Part shown: in pieces, positions 29,653-39,333 of the stretch | How positions within the stretch are numbered: the stretch's first letter is position 1 | Layout: the number at the start of each line of letters is the position of its first letter | Assembly (NCBI GenBank): GCA_963662265.2 | Contig: CAXXHA010000028.1 | Span: 39,137 to 103,136 of the forward strand | Length of the DNA: 64,000 nt | Source: Spirochaetia bacterium | GTDB taxonomy: Bacteria > Spirochaetota > Spirochaetia > CADAEX01 | Direction: 5' to 3' | Notes under the pieces: model-generated | Databases searched by the model: none | What the model was told of the DNA's origin: nothing | Seen by the model: only the letters and a program-made list of their open reading frames with translations | Made by a program: the position numbers and the translations under genes

Positions 29653-30138
29653 CTAACCGAAATCAGAAAGTTCCTTATCATTTTTCTTTACTCTATCCCG
29701 TGTTATTTCGCCATTCACAATTTTAATTACATGTGTTGTTGATATATCCTGAGTTCTGGGAACAACAACAGTTCTATTGGTTTTATGAAGATGAGAGAAC
29801 CATTTTAATACATCTTCTTCTGTATCTGCTGCTATAAAAACTGCATCAAGATTATATTGATCCATGAAATTGTCGACCTTGTCATCTTCAAAAGCAAAAG
29901 GACCATATGAATCATCAACTAATACAGCATCATCAACATAACTACATGATTTAACAATATTCAGCCTGTCCATTTCACTGAAAACAGGCTGTCTTTTTAC
30001 TCGGGATGCAAATTCATCAGAATCAACAGCAGCAATTACTTCATCAAATATTTCTTTAGCTCTTTTTAAGAGATTTACATGACCAATGTGAAAAAGATCA
30101 AAAACTCCATTGACAACACACCTGCTGTATTTCATCAA
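29653..30138 (-). CDS. TagD-like cytidylyltransferase (copy 1)
   Basis: GVFDLFHIGH and PRTQDISTT motifs. Confidence 0.88.
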   Translation of the reverse strand: MMKYSRCVVNGVFDLFHIGHVNLLKRAKEIFDEVIAAVDSDEFASRVKRQPVFSEMDRLNIVKSCSYVDDAVLVDDSYGPFAFEDDKVDNFMDQYNLDAVFIAADTEEDVLKWFSHLHKTNRTVVVPRTQDISTTHVIKIVNGEITRDRVKKNDKELSDFG

Positions 30139-30228
30139 AATTTGTCCTGCTTAAAATAATATTTATATAATTCTATAAAAATATTAACACTTTTTATACA
30201 CTCTAATAGATAAATATTATTGATCTGA

Positions 30229-31530
30229 TTAAACACCGACACCAGTATATGAAAATCCTGACTTTTCAACATTTTCAGAATTATAAACATTTCGAAGATC
30301 GACAAATACATTGCCGTTCATTACATCGTTCAGCTTTTTAAAATCTAGCGCCCTGTACTGGTTCCATTCTGTCATTATTACAACAGCATCTGCACCCTTA
30401 CATGTTTCATAGGGGTCGTTATAATACTCAACTTTTTCAAGATGCGGTTTTGCCTCTTCCATACCTTCAGGATCAGTAAGTCTTAATACAGCACCATCAT
30501 TAACAAGAGACGGAACAATTGTAAGCGCTGGAGCTTCTCTCATATCATCAGTCTCCGGCTTGAAAGTAAGACCCAAGACTGCAATAGTTTTTCCTGATAC
30601 TTCTCCGCCGAGAGCCTTTCTGATTTTTTTAACCATCAGAGATTTCTGTGAATTATTCACATTGAGAACAGATTCGAGAATTCTTGAACTCATTCCGTTG
30701 TCATGAAAAATCTTTACAAGAGCAGTAACATCCTTTGGAAAGCATGATCCGCCGTATCCGGGACCTGCATGGAGGAATTTTGAACCGATCCTCTTATCAA
30801 GGCCCATTCCTTTCGAAACATCCTTGACATCTGCACCTACTTTTTCACAAAGGTTTGCAATTTCATTGATAAAAGATATTTTTGCGGCAAGAAAAGAATT
30901 GCTTGCATATTTTATAAGCTCAGCTGTTTCTAGGCCTGTTATAACCATCGGTGTTTCAAGGAGATAAAGAGGTCTGTAAAGCTCTCTTAAAAGCTCTTTA
31001 GCCCTGTCGCTTTCAGCTCCAAGTACAACCCTGTCAGGTCTCATAAAATCGCCGATTGCAGATCCTTCCCTGAGAAATTCCGGGTTTGATGCTACATCGA
31101 AATCAGCTTCAGGATTTGTATCCCTGATAATTCTTTCAACATTTCTTGCAGTGCCTACAGGAACTGTACTCTTATCAACAATTACAGTATAGCCTTTAAG
31201 ATGGGATGCAATCTCCTCAGCTGCGCTGTAAACATAACTGAGATCAGCATAGCCGTCTCCTCTTCTTGAAGGAGTTCCGACAGCAATAAATACAACATCA
31301 GCCTCTTCAACAGGTGGCTCATATGAGAGAGAAAAGCTGATTCTTCCAGCTCTTACATTTTTTTTAACCAGATCTTCAAGACCTGGTTCATAAATAGGCA
31401 TAATTCCGTTTTTAAGAGCATTGATTCTTTCTTCACTCTTATCAACACATACGACATCCCAGCCGAACTCTGCAAAACATGTCCCAGATACAAGCCCTAC
31501 ATAGCCTGTTCCTATCATAACTATTTTCAT
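30229..31530 (-). CDS. ugd: UDP-glucose 6-dehydrogenase
   Basis: GTGYVG, KSTVPVGT, NPEFLREG, GYGGSCFPKD and FKPETDDMREAP. Confidence 0.95.
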   Translation of the reverse strand: MKIVMIGTGYVGLVSGTCFAEFGWDVVCVDKSEERINALKNGIMPIYEPGLEDLVKKNVRAGRISFSLSYEPPVEEADVVFIAVGTPSRRGDGYADLSYVYSAAEEIASHLKGYTVIVDKSTVPVGTARNVERIIRDTNPEADFDVASNPEFLREGSAIGDFMRPDRVVLGAESDRAKELLRELYRPLYLLETPMVITGLETAELIKYASNSFLAAKISFINEIANLCEKVGADVKDVSKGMGLDKRIGSKFLHAGPGYGGSCFPKDVTALVKIFHDNGMSSRILESVLNVNNSQKSLMVKKIRKALGGEVSGKTIAVLGLTFKPETDDMREAPALTIVPSLVNDGAVLRLTDPEGMEEAKPHLEKVEYYNDPYETCKGADAVVIMTEWNQYRALDFKKLNDVMNGNVFVDLRNVYNSENVEKSGFSYTGVGV

Positions 31531-31533
31531 TGT

Positions 31534-32883
31534 TTATTCCTTTAATTCATAAATATCATTAAAAACTGTGTTACCAAGTTTATATTTTTCAGTATCAATC
31601 ATATAAATCTGCTCCAGATTTTTTTTAAATCCTTTATTTACAAAATTATTTATAAAATTCAGATTACTATTATCTAAATCGGTTTTTATAAACCAGAATT
31701 TCCCATAATTATTATTGCTCACAATTAAAAACATAAGTTTTAGGCTGTTTTTGATTATATGATCTGGGATATCATAATAATTGTTATCAAATAGTTTATA
31801 TCCGGTAATTACAGGAGTTCCTGTAAAAGCAATACTTATATTACGGGATTTTAAATTATTAATCACTCCCTTGTATTTCAATGGAAGAAGAAGCAGTGTT
31901 TTAGAATCCGAGTATTTCTCTATATACTGCATTATTTCATTATTATATTGTTCTTCCGGATTGATACTTCCGGAATATAAAAAGCGAGTATCAACTGAAA
32001 GAAAATCAGTATCCGGAATAGTAAAAACAGACTTAAAATCCATAAAAGGACTTTTTACCTGACAGTTTTTAAATACTTCAGAACCATAAAATTTTATCTG
32101 TTCTTCACCAAAATATGAATCAACATCATGCGGAAGGTTATTATCAATAAAGCTGTTTAAAAATAAATCACTTATAGAAAAAGGTCTTAATTCGGCATTT
32201 TTATCAAGACAGTATACATTTCTTCCAATCTTTTCAGATTTATTTAATATGATCATCTTTTCTTCAAAATCAGGATTCCCTATAATAATAATATTTTCAG
32301 TCTCTCTTTCAGAATTTGAAACAGGGATACCTAAAAAAGAGGAATCAAGATCTGTAACACTTTTAGTATAAATGAAAGATATTTTCACATCATTATTATT
32401 GATAATATTCTGCAGTGTTTTCTTCTCATGAATACCAAAGTTTGAAGAAAATACTCCCATTTCCGGAATTATTTTATTATCAGAAAACTTTATATTTCTG
32501 TAGAAAAAATATCTTATAAACATCATTCCTGCAGAAGTCACCATATATTCTGTGAAAATAATTGCAAGCGGCATTCTTATTTCCTGAATTGGAGAAAATA
32601 ATCTGAGAAATAAAAACAAAAGTGAGGAATATATATTAATTTTAAATATTTTTATTATCATTTCTCTCTGAAATGTGTTGTAATAATAAGAATATCCTTC
32701 AAGAAGCATAGTTACAAGAATCCTCGTTAAAATTACATAAGGCATAATGAAAAGAAGCCCTTCTATTGTATAGAAAAACTCTTTAAACCTGGATCTAATC
32801 ATCCAAGATGCAACGAGAGATATTACAATGATTAAAATATCAAGAAGAATAAGAGAAAAACTGTATTTATTATTTTTTTTCAT
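31534..32883 (-). CDS. Membrane protein resembling a degenerate CapD/WbpM/PglF
   Basis: Four N-terminal TM helices with LLD..., MPLAIIFTEY...IRYFFYR, then RPFSISDLF; no intact Rossmann glycine motif or YxxxK. Confidence 0.5.
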   Translation of the reverse strand: MKKNNKYSFSLILLDILIIVISLVASWMIRSRFKEFFYTIEGLLFIMPYVILTRILVTMLLEGYSYYYNTFQREMIIKIFKINIYSSLLFLFLRLFSPIQEIRMPLAIIFTEYMVTSAGMMFIRYFFYRNIKFSDNKIIPEMGVFSSNFGIHEKKTLQNIINNNDVKISFIYTKSVTDLDSSFLGIPVSNSERETENIIIIGNPDFEEKMIILNKSEKIGRNVYCLDKNAELRPFSISDLFLNSFIDNNLPHDVDSYFGEEQIKFYGSEVFKNCQVKSPFMDFKSVFTIPDTDFLSVDTRFLYSGSINPEEQYNNEIMQYIEKYSDSKTLLLLPLKYKGVINNLKSRNISIAFTGTPVITGYKLFDNNYYDIPDHIIKNSLKLMFLIVSNNNYGKFWFIKTDLDNSNLNFINNFVNKGFKKNLEQIYMIDTEKYKLGNTVFNDIYELKE

Positions 32884-34069
32884 TTTCAGAAAACACTCCG
32901 TCCAATATTACTTTAAACTGATTCAGTGAATTATTAATAGAATAATATTTCTCAGAAAAATGTTTAATTCTTCTACAAATATTTCTGTAATTTTCAAAAT
33001 CAGAATTCAGCTTTTTTATATATGATATAACATTATCTATATCTGTACTGTTTTCCAGAACAATCCCAATTTCATTAGTAATCAGAATTTCCCCAATTTC
33101 AGAATTTTTAGGACCAAAAAAGATCATCGGTCTACCGGATGCCAGATAACTATAGAATTTTGATGGGACAATATCTCCAACAGAATCCTTTTTCTGAGCT
33201 AACATTAGAACAGACGCATTACTCAAATTTTTACTGACTTCTTCAATAGGAGCATATGGTTCGAATTTAAAATAAATTTCTTTGTTGTCAAATAATTGAC
33301 AAGTTTTATTATAATTTTTCCCTCCGCCTACAAAATGGAAATAAATATTTTCTTCTTTAAAATATGGAACAGATATTAAATCCTCCATAATACTCAAATC
33401 ATGGGGTATTCCTATATTACCAGAATAAAGAATTTCAAACACATCTTTTTGTTGAGGATCATTATATTCAATCATATTAGGCCAATTATGAATAATGGAA
33501 ATTCTTTTGCCGGGAATATTATAGTTTTCAATTTTCCTTTTCATATAACTGCCAATTGTAATAATTTCGGCAGATTTTTTTATTGCAAGTTTATTAAATA
33601 CTTTTAAGCGCCTCACTATCCAGGGATTTTTAATAATTTTAAGGTCATATAATATTTCAGGATAAAGATCCTGGACATAAAAAATCATCTTAGTATTTCT
33701 GAAAAGGTTTGCAAAACCAACAGAAAACTGTATAAGAGGAGGCAGAGTCAAAGTAACAACACAATCATACTTTTCTTTAAAAATAAGAAATATAAAAACT
33801 TTAATATAAAATAACAGATAGTTTATAAGTTTTCCCATCATATTATTTTTCTTAAAATTTGTAGCTTTTAACTTCTGAATTATTACATTATCAGGAATAT
33901 TAACTTCCCAGTCTGTTTCATCTTTATAATATTCACTGCTGGTTGACAAGACTGTTATCTCGTATTTCTTATCAGATGACAGTTTGAGAATAAATTCTGT
34001 AAATAATTGTGATATTGCAGAAATATCAGGATAAAAATAATACGGAATAAAAAGAATTCTTTTCATCAT
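32870..34069 (-). CDS. Glycosyltransferase family 4 (WbuB/WcaI-like)
   Basis: YFYPD, TLPP, VQDLYPE, IHNW, YSGNIG and VPSKFYSYLASGRP. Confidence 0.88.
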   Translation of the reverse strand: MMKRILFIPYYFYPDISAISQLFTEFILKLSSDKKYEITVLSTSSEYYKDETDWEVNIPDNVIIQKLKATNFKKNNMMGKLINYLLFYIKVFIFLIFKEKYDCVVTLTLPPLIQFSVGFANLFRNTKMIFYVQDLYPEILYDLKIIKNPWIVRRLKVFNKLAIKKSAEIITIGSYMKRKIENYNIPGKRISIIHNWPNMIEYNDPQQKDVFEILYSGNIGIPHDLSIMEDLISVPYFKEENIYFHFVGGGKNYNKTCQLFDNKEIYFKFEPYAPIEEVSKNLSNASVLMLAQKKDSVGDIVPSKFYSYLASGRPMIFFGPKNSEIGEILITNEIGIVLENSTDIDNVISYIKKLNSDFENYRNICRRIKHFSEKYYSINNSLNQFKVILDGVFSENEKK

Positions 34070-35187
34070 TTTTCATCCTGCTTATGTTCTGTATATAAAT
34101 AAACAGAGTAAAATAAAAAAATAAGAATTAAATGTATATTTGCTCTGTATCTTATAGCTGCTCCCGAATTCATAATTCCCTGAATATATTGTGCAAATGA
34201 TATCCACCAGAATGTTGTCACAAGCATAAAAAACCACTGATAATAATTTTTAAAATTTATAAAGACTGGAACAATTTTATCCTTAATTAAAAATAATAAT
34301 ACCCCATAATAAAGAAAACTCTCAATAAATGAAAATAAATGAAGTATAGAATATTTTATTTCGGAAAATGACGGTCCCCACATAGAAAGCGGCATTAAAT
34401 ATGGAAGTTTTTTAAAAAAGTCATATTGTTCAAGAAACATCATCTCTCTTGTAGATCTAGCATTTTTACTATACCAGTCATCTAATTGACGAGAATAACT
34501 ATCAATTTTGTCTTTAAAAATATATATTAATATTAACGATCCAATAATTACAAAAATCCATAAAATAATTTCAGTCTTCCATTTTATACTAACGAATTTT
34601 TTATATATGGCAAATAAAACTAATAGATATACTGCCGGAATATACTGTGTTTTAATTACTGTTATCAAATATAATGCAATTATTAAACTAAAAGATATTT
34701 TGATTTTTTGCCCAATAATTACTTTAATAATTTCACTTAAAAATATTCCGATCGAAAAAACAATTAATGCTTCTTTTCCTGCAACAGATGACCAGATATT
34801 AAAAGATGGAAAATAACATAACAGTATAATAATCTTATAATTTTTAGTATTTTCAGGTATGGATTTAAGAAATTTTCGAATACCATAATATGCAATAAGA
34901 GAACAAAAAATATGAATCAAGATATCATATCGTAATAGAGAACTTATGGATCCTATGAGAAATCTGGGAAGAAGAGTTCTTTCAATAAATATTCCAAATT
35001 TGTAAGTATAAAAAAGTTCAACAGGGTTTGAACTTATATACAGTCCGGTATCTCCGAGAAAAGTCATTTTTTTTATTACAAATTCAGCAACAAATGCAAG
35101 AATAAGCCTGTAAAATAATAAATAATCAATTAATTTATTATTAAAAAATTTTTCTTTTATTTTTATATCATTCATATTAACACTCAA
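34066..35187 (-). CDS. Putative Wzy-like polysaccharide polymerase
   Basis: About 10 TM helices; GDTGLY, PSFNIWSSVAGKEA and NSGAAIRYR motifs seen in polymerase-like glycan-locus proteins. Confidence 0.6.
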   Translation of the reverse strand: MSVNMNDIKIKEKFFNNKLIDYLLFYRLILAFVAEFVIKKMTFLGDTGLYISSNPVELFYTYKFGIFIERTLLPRFLIGSISSLLRYDILIHIFCSLIAYYGIRKFLKSIPENTKNYKIIILLCYFPSFNIWSSVAGKEALIVFSIGIFLSEIIKVIIGQKIKISFSLIIALYLITVIKTQYIPAVYLLVLFAIYKKFVSIKWKTEIILWIFVIIGSLILIYIFKDKIDSYSRQLDDWYSKNARSTREMMFLEQYDFFKKLPYLMPLSMWGPSFSEIKYSILHLFSFIESFLYYGVLLFLIKDKIVPVFINFKNYYQWFFMLVTTFWWISFAQYIQGIMNSGAAIRYRANIHLILIFLFYSVYLYTEHKQDEK

Positions 35188-35293
35188 ACAAATATAGTTT
35201 ACCCAATATAATAAATATCTGCTTTTATATTACCTTGTCTAATTTTTTTTTTGAATCTATAATTCTATTTATCTTTATTAGAGAGAGGAATAA

Positions 35294-35995
35294 ATGTCAA
35301 TTATAACCCTTGAAAATGTACAAAAAACTTATCCTTTAGGAAAAACAAAAGTTCAAGCCATTAAAGGAGTATCTTTTGACATTGAAAAAGGGGATTTCAT
35401 ATCCATTATAGGACCTTCTGGCTCCGGAAAATCAACAATCCTCAATATGATAGGCTGTATAGATGTCCCAACAAAAGGAAAACTCTATATAAACGGGCAG
35501 GAGACAGGAATCCTTTCAGATATAGAAATAACAAATCTCCGGCACTCAGTTATTGGATTTATCTTCCAGTCTTTTAACCTTCTTCCTGTTTTAAATGTAT
35601 ATGAAAATATTGAGTTTCCTCTATTAATTGGAAAAACCAAGCCCTCAAAAGCCGCAAAAAAAGAAATCAAAGAATATATAGATTTTCTGATTGATGAAGT
35701 GGGACTTAACAAATGGAAAACTCACAAACCGGGTGAGCTTTCAGGCGGGCAGAGACAGAGAGTGGCAATTGCAAGGGCTCTAGCTACCAGACCGGAAATA
35801 GTGCTTGCAGATGAACCGACAGCAAATCTCGACAGTAAAACAGGTGAAGATATAATTGAACTCATGAAAAAAATAAATCATGAGCTAAAAACCACTTTTA
35901 TTTTTTCTACACATGACCAGAATATATTTTCAATAGCCGATCATGTAATACGACTTAAAGATGGATTTGTATCTGAGAATTTCAGACAATCCTAA
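35294..35995 (+). CDS. ABC transporter ATPase (LolD/MacB-like)
   Basis: [44 protein letters not shown] and STHD. Confidence 0.93.
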   Translation: MSIITLENVQKTYPLGKTKVQAIKGVSFDIEKGDFISIIGPSGSGKSTILNMIGCIDVPTKGKLYINGQETGILSDIEITNLRHSVIGFIFQSFNLLPVLNVYENIEFPLLIGKTKPSKAAKKEIKEYIDFLIDEVGLNKWKTHKPGELSGGQRQRVAIARALATRPEIVLADEPTANLDSKTGEDIIELMKKINHELKTTFIFSTHDQNIFSIADHVIRLKDGFVSENFRQS

Positions 35996-36059
35996 AATTA
36001 TAGGATTATAAAGAATACAATTTTCTGTCTATTTTTTTCTGAACTGTAATATACAGCTA

Positions 36060-37229
36060 TTAAAATGATGCAGAAAGTTCAAGTGTCATTACAAATGCAA
36101 CACGTCTTCCACTGAGATCTTCATCATCTTCATTATAATATCTTGATCCTGTAGTACCATAGTTTACTGGAACAGCTATACTGGATTTAACAAACTTCCA
36201 TGGAGACCAGGAAATTCCTGGCAAAAATTTACCAGAATTATCCATAAATCCATGCTTCCACTCAAGCCCAAGATCAACAGGAGATGAAAACAGGTTATTA
36301 TACCCAAGTGCTATTCCCACACTATGATCCTCACCTCCAGATGTTTTACCATCAAAACTATATTCACCATAAAGTTTGAAATCATCCCATTCTCTGAAAA
36401 ACCCGGCAACTGTCTGGAAAAAATAATCATCTCGGATATCATCATATGTAAATACAAGATCTGTAAAAATATCTGTCTTTAAAACAACTTTTTTTAAAGA
36501 GTTGAGAACACGAAGCCCCTCATTTCTCTGATATCTTGTTCCTGCAGAATAGTAATAACTTCCGAAAAGTGTATCCAGAAGTGCTCCTGCAGCAACATCT
36601 TTAGACGATAAACTTTCTCCCGATGTATTAAGATTTTCATCAAGAAGAGTCACAAATGACAAGCCGCTGAATACTGATGGAAAACTAACCCTGAATGCAA
36701 CACCATCCTCGCTGTTTTCCATAAGGTTTCCAGGAGTAAAAAGCCTCCCCTGTCCCCATGTTATCTTGTGCTTCCCTATTCTTAAGAATGCTGTATCAAG
36801 CCAGGTGTAATCGCAGAAAAGTTCATCAATTTTTGCTTCTGACCAGTCTGTATTTCCAGAACCGGGATCTATTTCAGTGTAAAAATTGCCGGTAACAGCA
36901 AAATCCGGATCAGGTTTTGCATTGAATTTTACTCTCGCAAGAGATTTTGCTCCAATTTCAGCATCAAGACCTTCAAGAGGATCTGAGAAGTCAGGAGTTT
37001 CTTTCCAGCCGACAGCACCTCCTCCTGTTGCGGAAAAAGAACCGCTGAAACTGATTTTATCTTCCTGTTCGAACTGGGTTATATGATCGGTTTCTGTATT
37101 TTCTACAATAATATCTTCTGCAGGTTCCTCAAACAGATCATCAATACTTTCATCTGTCTGCTGAGAAACAGCAGACATGATTAAAACTGTGCTAAATAGC
37201 GCAATACATAATATCAGCCTGAATTCCAC
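36060..37229 (-). CDS. Outer-membrane beta-barrel protein with an acidic N-terminal extension
   Basis: Signal peptide; IDELFCDY, LRIGKHKITWGQG; ends LELSASF (terminal Phe). Confidence 0.7.
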   Translation of the reverse strand: MEFRLILCIALFSTVLIMSAVSQQTDESIDDLFEEPAEDIIVENTETDHITQFEQEDKISFSGSFSATGGGAVGWKETPDFSDPLEGLDAEIGAKSLARVKFNAKPDPDFAVTGNFYTEIDPGSGNTDWSEAKIDELFCDYTWLDTAFLRIGKHKITWGQGRLFTPGNLMENSEDGVAFRVSFPSVFSGLSFVTLLDENLNTSGESLSSKDVAAGALLDTLFGSYYYSAGTRYQRNEGLRVLNSLKKVVLKTDIFTDLVFTYDDIRDDYFFQTVAGFFREWDDFKLYGEYSFDGKTSGGEDHSVGIALGYNNLFSSPVDLGLEWKHGFMDNSGKFLPGISWSPWKFVKSSIAVPVNYGTTGSRYYNEDDEDLSGRRVAFVMTLELSASF

Positions 37230-37249
37230 AAAATATCCTTAAATAATTA

Positions 37250-38020
37250 TTAACTGTTTACTTTTTCAAGATATTCTTTTGTATAAACAGTATCAGGAAG
37301 TTTCTTTAAAGAAGGATTACTAACTGTTATTGTAGTCCTCTCATAAACATTTTTATCATTTACTTTCCTAAAGACAAGATGATCAAGAATAACAATTTTT
37401 TTGGTTACCCATCTTTCTCCGACTTTCTGATAAGTGGGAATAGCTGTAGTTCTCATTTTTTGCCCGGAAAGACTGTAATCTTCAATTTTTCTTACAAGAT
37501 TATCTTGAGAAATCCATATCTTAATTTTCTGAAAAGATACATTATCACTAACAGCTTCGAGATCAAGAAGCGTGCAGTTGAATTTTCCAAGTTTGGCTTT
37601 TTTCCCGAAAACAACCTTATATTCTTTTGAATAATTTGATCTTTTAAAATCAGAATTCCTTGCACTCGAATTCTGAAATCTTTCACGGGCACTTGTAAAT
37701 GTAAAACTTCGCCCGACAGGATCATAAAGCCACAGATTGTCTCCAATTTTAAGATACCCCTTACCCTTATCGATTCGAGGTTCAAGAATCAAAATAAGGA
37801 ACTGATCTGTCCAGTCGCGCCTGAACATAGCAGCAACATTTGTCGATGTTGTGCCGTCCGGGTTCCGTTTAACAATTTTGTATTCCGCAGAAAGATCTGT
37901 ATCATTAAATGTTACAAGATTATCAACTTTTTCAAGAAGTTTCTGATAATCCTTCATAGATTCTGCAAAGATAAACGATGAAGTAACTAATAAAAGACAA
38001 ACAATAATATTTTTTTTCAT
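37250..38020 (-). CDS. Outer membrane lipoprotein-sorting protein (LolA-like)
   Basis: Signal peptide (IFA); DQFLILILEP..DKGKGYLKIGDNLWLYDP and FQNSSARNSDF. Confidence 0.85.
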   Translation of the reverse strand: MKKNIIVCLLLVTSSFIFAESMKDYQKLLEKVDNLVTFNDTDLSAEYKIVKRNPDGTTSTNVAAMFRRDWTDQFLILILEPRIDKGKGYLKIGDNLWLYDPVGRSFTFTSARERFQNSSARNSDFKRSNYSKEYKVVFGKKAKLGKFNCTLLDLEAVSDNVSFQKIKIWISQDNLVRKIEDYSLSGQKMRTTAIPTYQKVGERWVTKKIVILDHLVFRKVNDKNVYERTTITVSNPSLKKLPDTVYTKEYLEKVNS

Positions 38021-38025
38021 TCAAT

Positions 38026-39327
38026 TTATTCCTTTCTCAAAGCTTCTGCAGGAGACATTAAACTTGCTTTTTTTGCAGGACTCCAGGCAGCAGCAACAAC
38101 TGCAGCAAACATAAATATAAAATTAACAGCTGCTGTTTTAAAATTAAGATAAAAAATTAGTTTTCCAAAAGTTGTAAACATATCGGAAGCAGGAATATTA
38201 CTTAAATCAGCATACTCAATAATAATAAACAGAACAATAATTCCAAGAACAAATCCAATAATTGAAGAAATAACAGACAGTGCAGAAGCTTCATAAAGAA
38301 ACAGTTTTCTTACATCAGAACTCTGCATTCCTATCGCTCTCATTGTTCCTATTTCACGAGTCCGTTCATAAACGAGAACACGGTATGTATTAAGAATACC
38401 AGCCATAACTATAAGAAGAAAAACAATAAGAATGAAATAAGTTACAATTAAAAATGCATCAAGTATATCTTTTAACTGATCAAGCTGCCCGTCTACAGAA
38501 ATTACTGCATATACTTTTTCTTTATTGCCACGGTTACCGGCCCGTTTACTTTGAAAGTCTGCTCTATCTTTAATACGTGAAAGTATATTATATTTTTTTC
38601 CAATAAGCTTTCGGACAGATTCCGAAAATCCCCCTATATCTGTTCCTTTTTTGCCGAAAACAGCTATTTCACTGGCCCAGGATGGATCTTTTTGTATTAA
38701 TTTATTTAAATCTTCCCTATGAACATATGCGGAATATCCAAAAATACCTTTTTCTTCAAAAATACCTTTTACAACCAATACAGCAGTATTCTGCTTTCCA
38801 CCGGATGTCACCAGATTCAGAATAACATCGTCTCCGACTTTTGCTCCAAGCAGCCTGGCAGAAATTCTGCTTATCAGAATACCTTTACGTTCATCATCTT
38901 CAAGCATATCATCAATACTGCCGTCCAGAATTGGAAGAGATGAAATCTCTGTATACTCTTTTTCAAAATCAATGCCGACAGGTCTTAATATTCGGATATA
39001 TTTTCCCCCGAAAAAAAGGCGGGTTTCCTTACCGTAATAAACTGTTCTTGGAGAAGCAGATCTTACTGGAAGAGAAGAATTATTTATCATATTTACAATA
39101 TTGTTCGGATTATCTATATCAAACCATACTTCATCCAGTCCATATACTGTAACATCGCCTGAATAGTAAAGAGAGGCTTTTCCCTTAACAGTTTCGAGAG
39201 CCCCGAATGATACCGCAGTCAAAACCGTAATAAGTAAAAAACCGATTGTAATTGCGGCACCCATAAGAAAATATCTCTTTCTCTGAAGATAAAGGTTTCT
39301 AAGTGAAAGAAAAAAAACAGAGTTCAT
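38026..39327 (-). CDS. FtsX/LolC-E-like ABC permease
   Basis: LRNL...R N-terminus, large periplasmic domain, ERTREIGTMRAIG and PAEALR. Confidence 0.9.
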   Translation of the reverse strand: MNSVFFLSLRNLYLQRKRYFLMGAAITIGFLLITVLTAVSFGALETVKGKASLYYSGDVTVYGLDEVWFDIDNPNNIVNMINNSSLPVRSASPRTVYYGKETRLFFGGKYIRILRPVGIDFEKEYTEISSLPILDGSIDDMLEDDERKGILISRISARLLGAKVGDDVILNLVTSGGKQNTAVLVVKGIFEEKGIFGYSAYVHREDLNKLIQKDPSWASEIAVFGKKGTDIGGFSESVRKLIGKKYNILSRIKDRADFQSKRAGNRGNKEKVYAVISVDGQLDQLKDILDAFLIVTYFILIVFLLIVMAGILNTYRVLVYERTREIGTMRAIGMQSSDVRKLFLYEASALSVISSIIGFVLGIIVLFIIIEYADLSNIPASDMFTTFGKLIFYLNFKTAAVNFIFMFAAVVAAAWSPAKKASLMSPAEALRKE

Positions 39328-39333
39328 ATTAGA

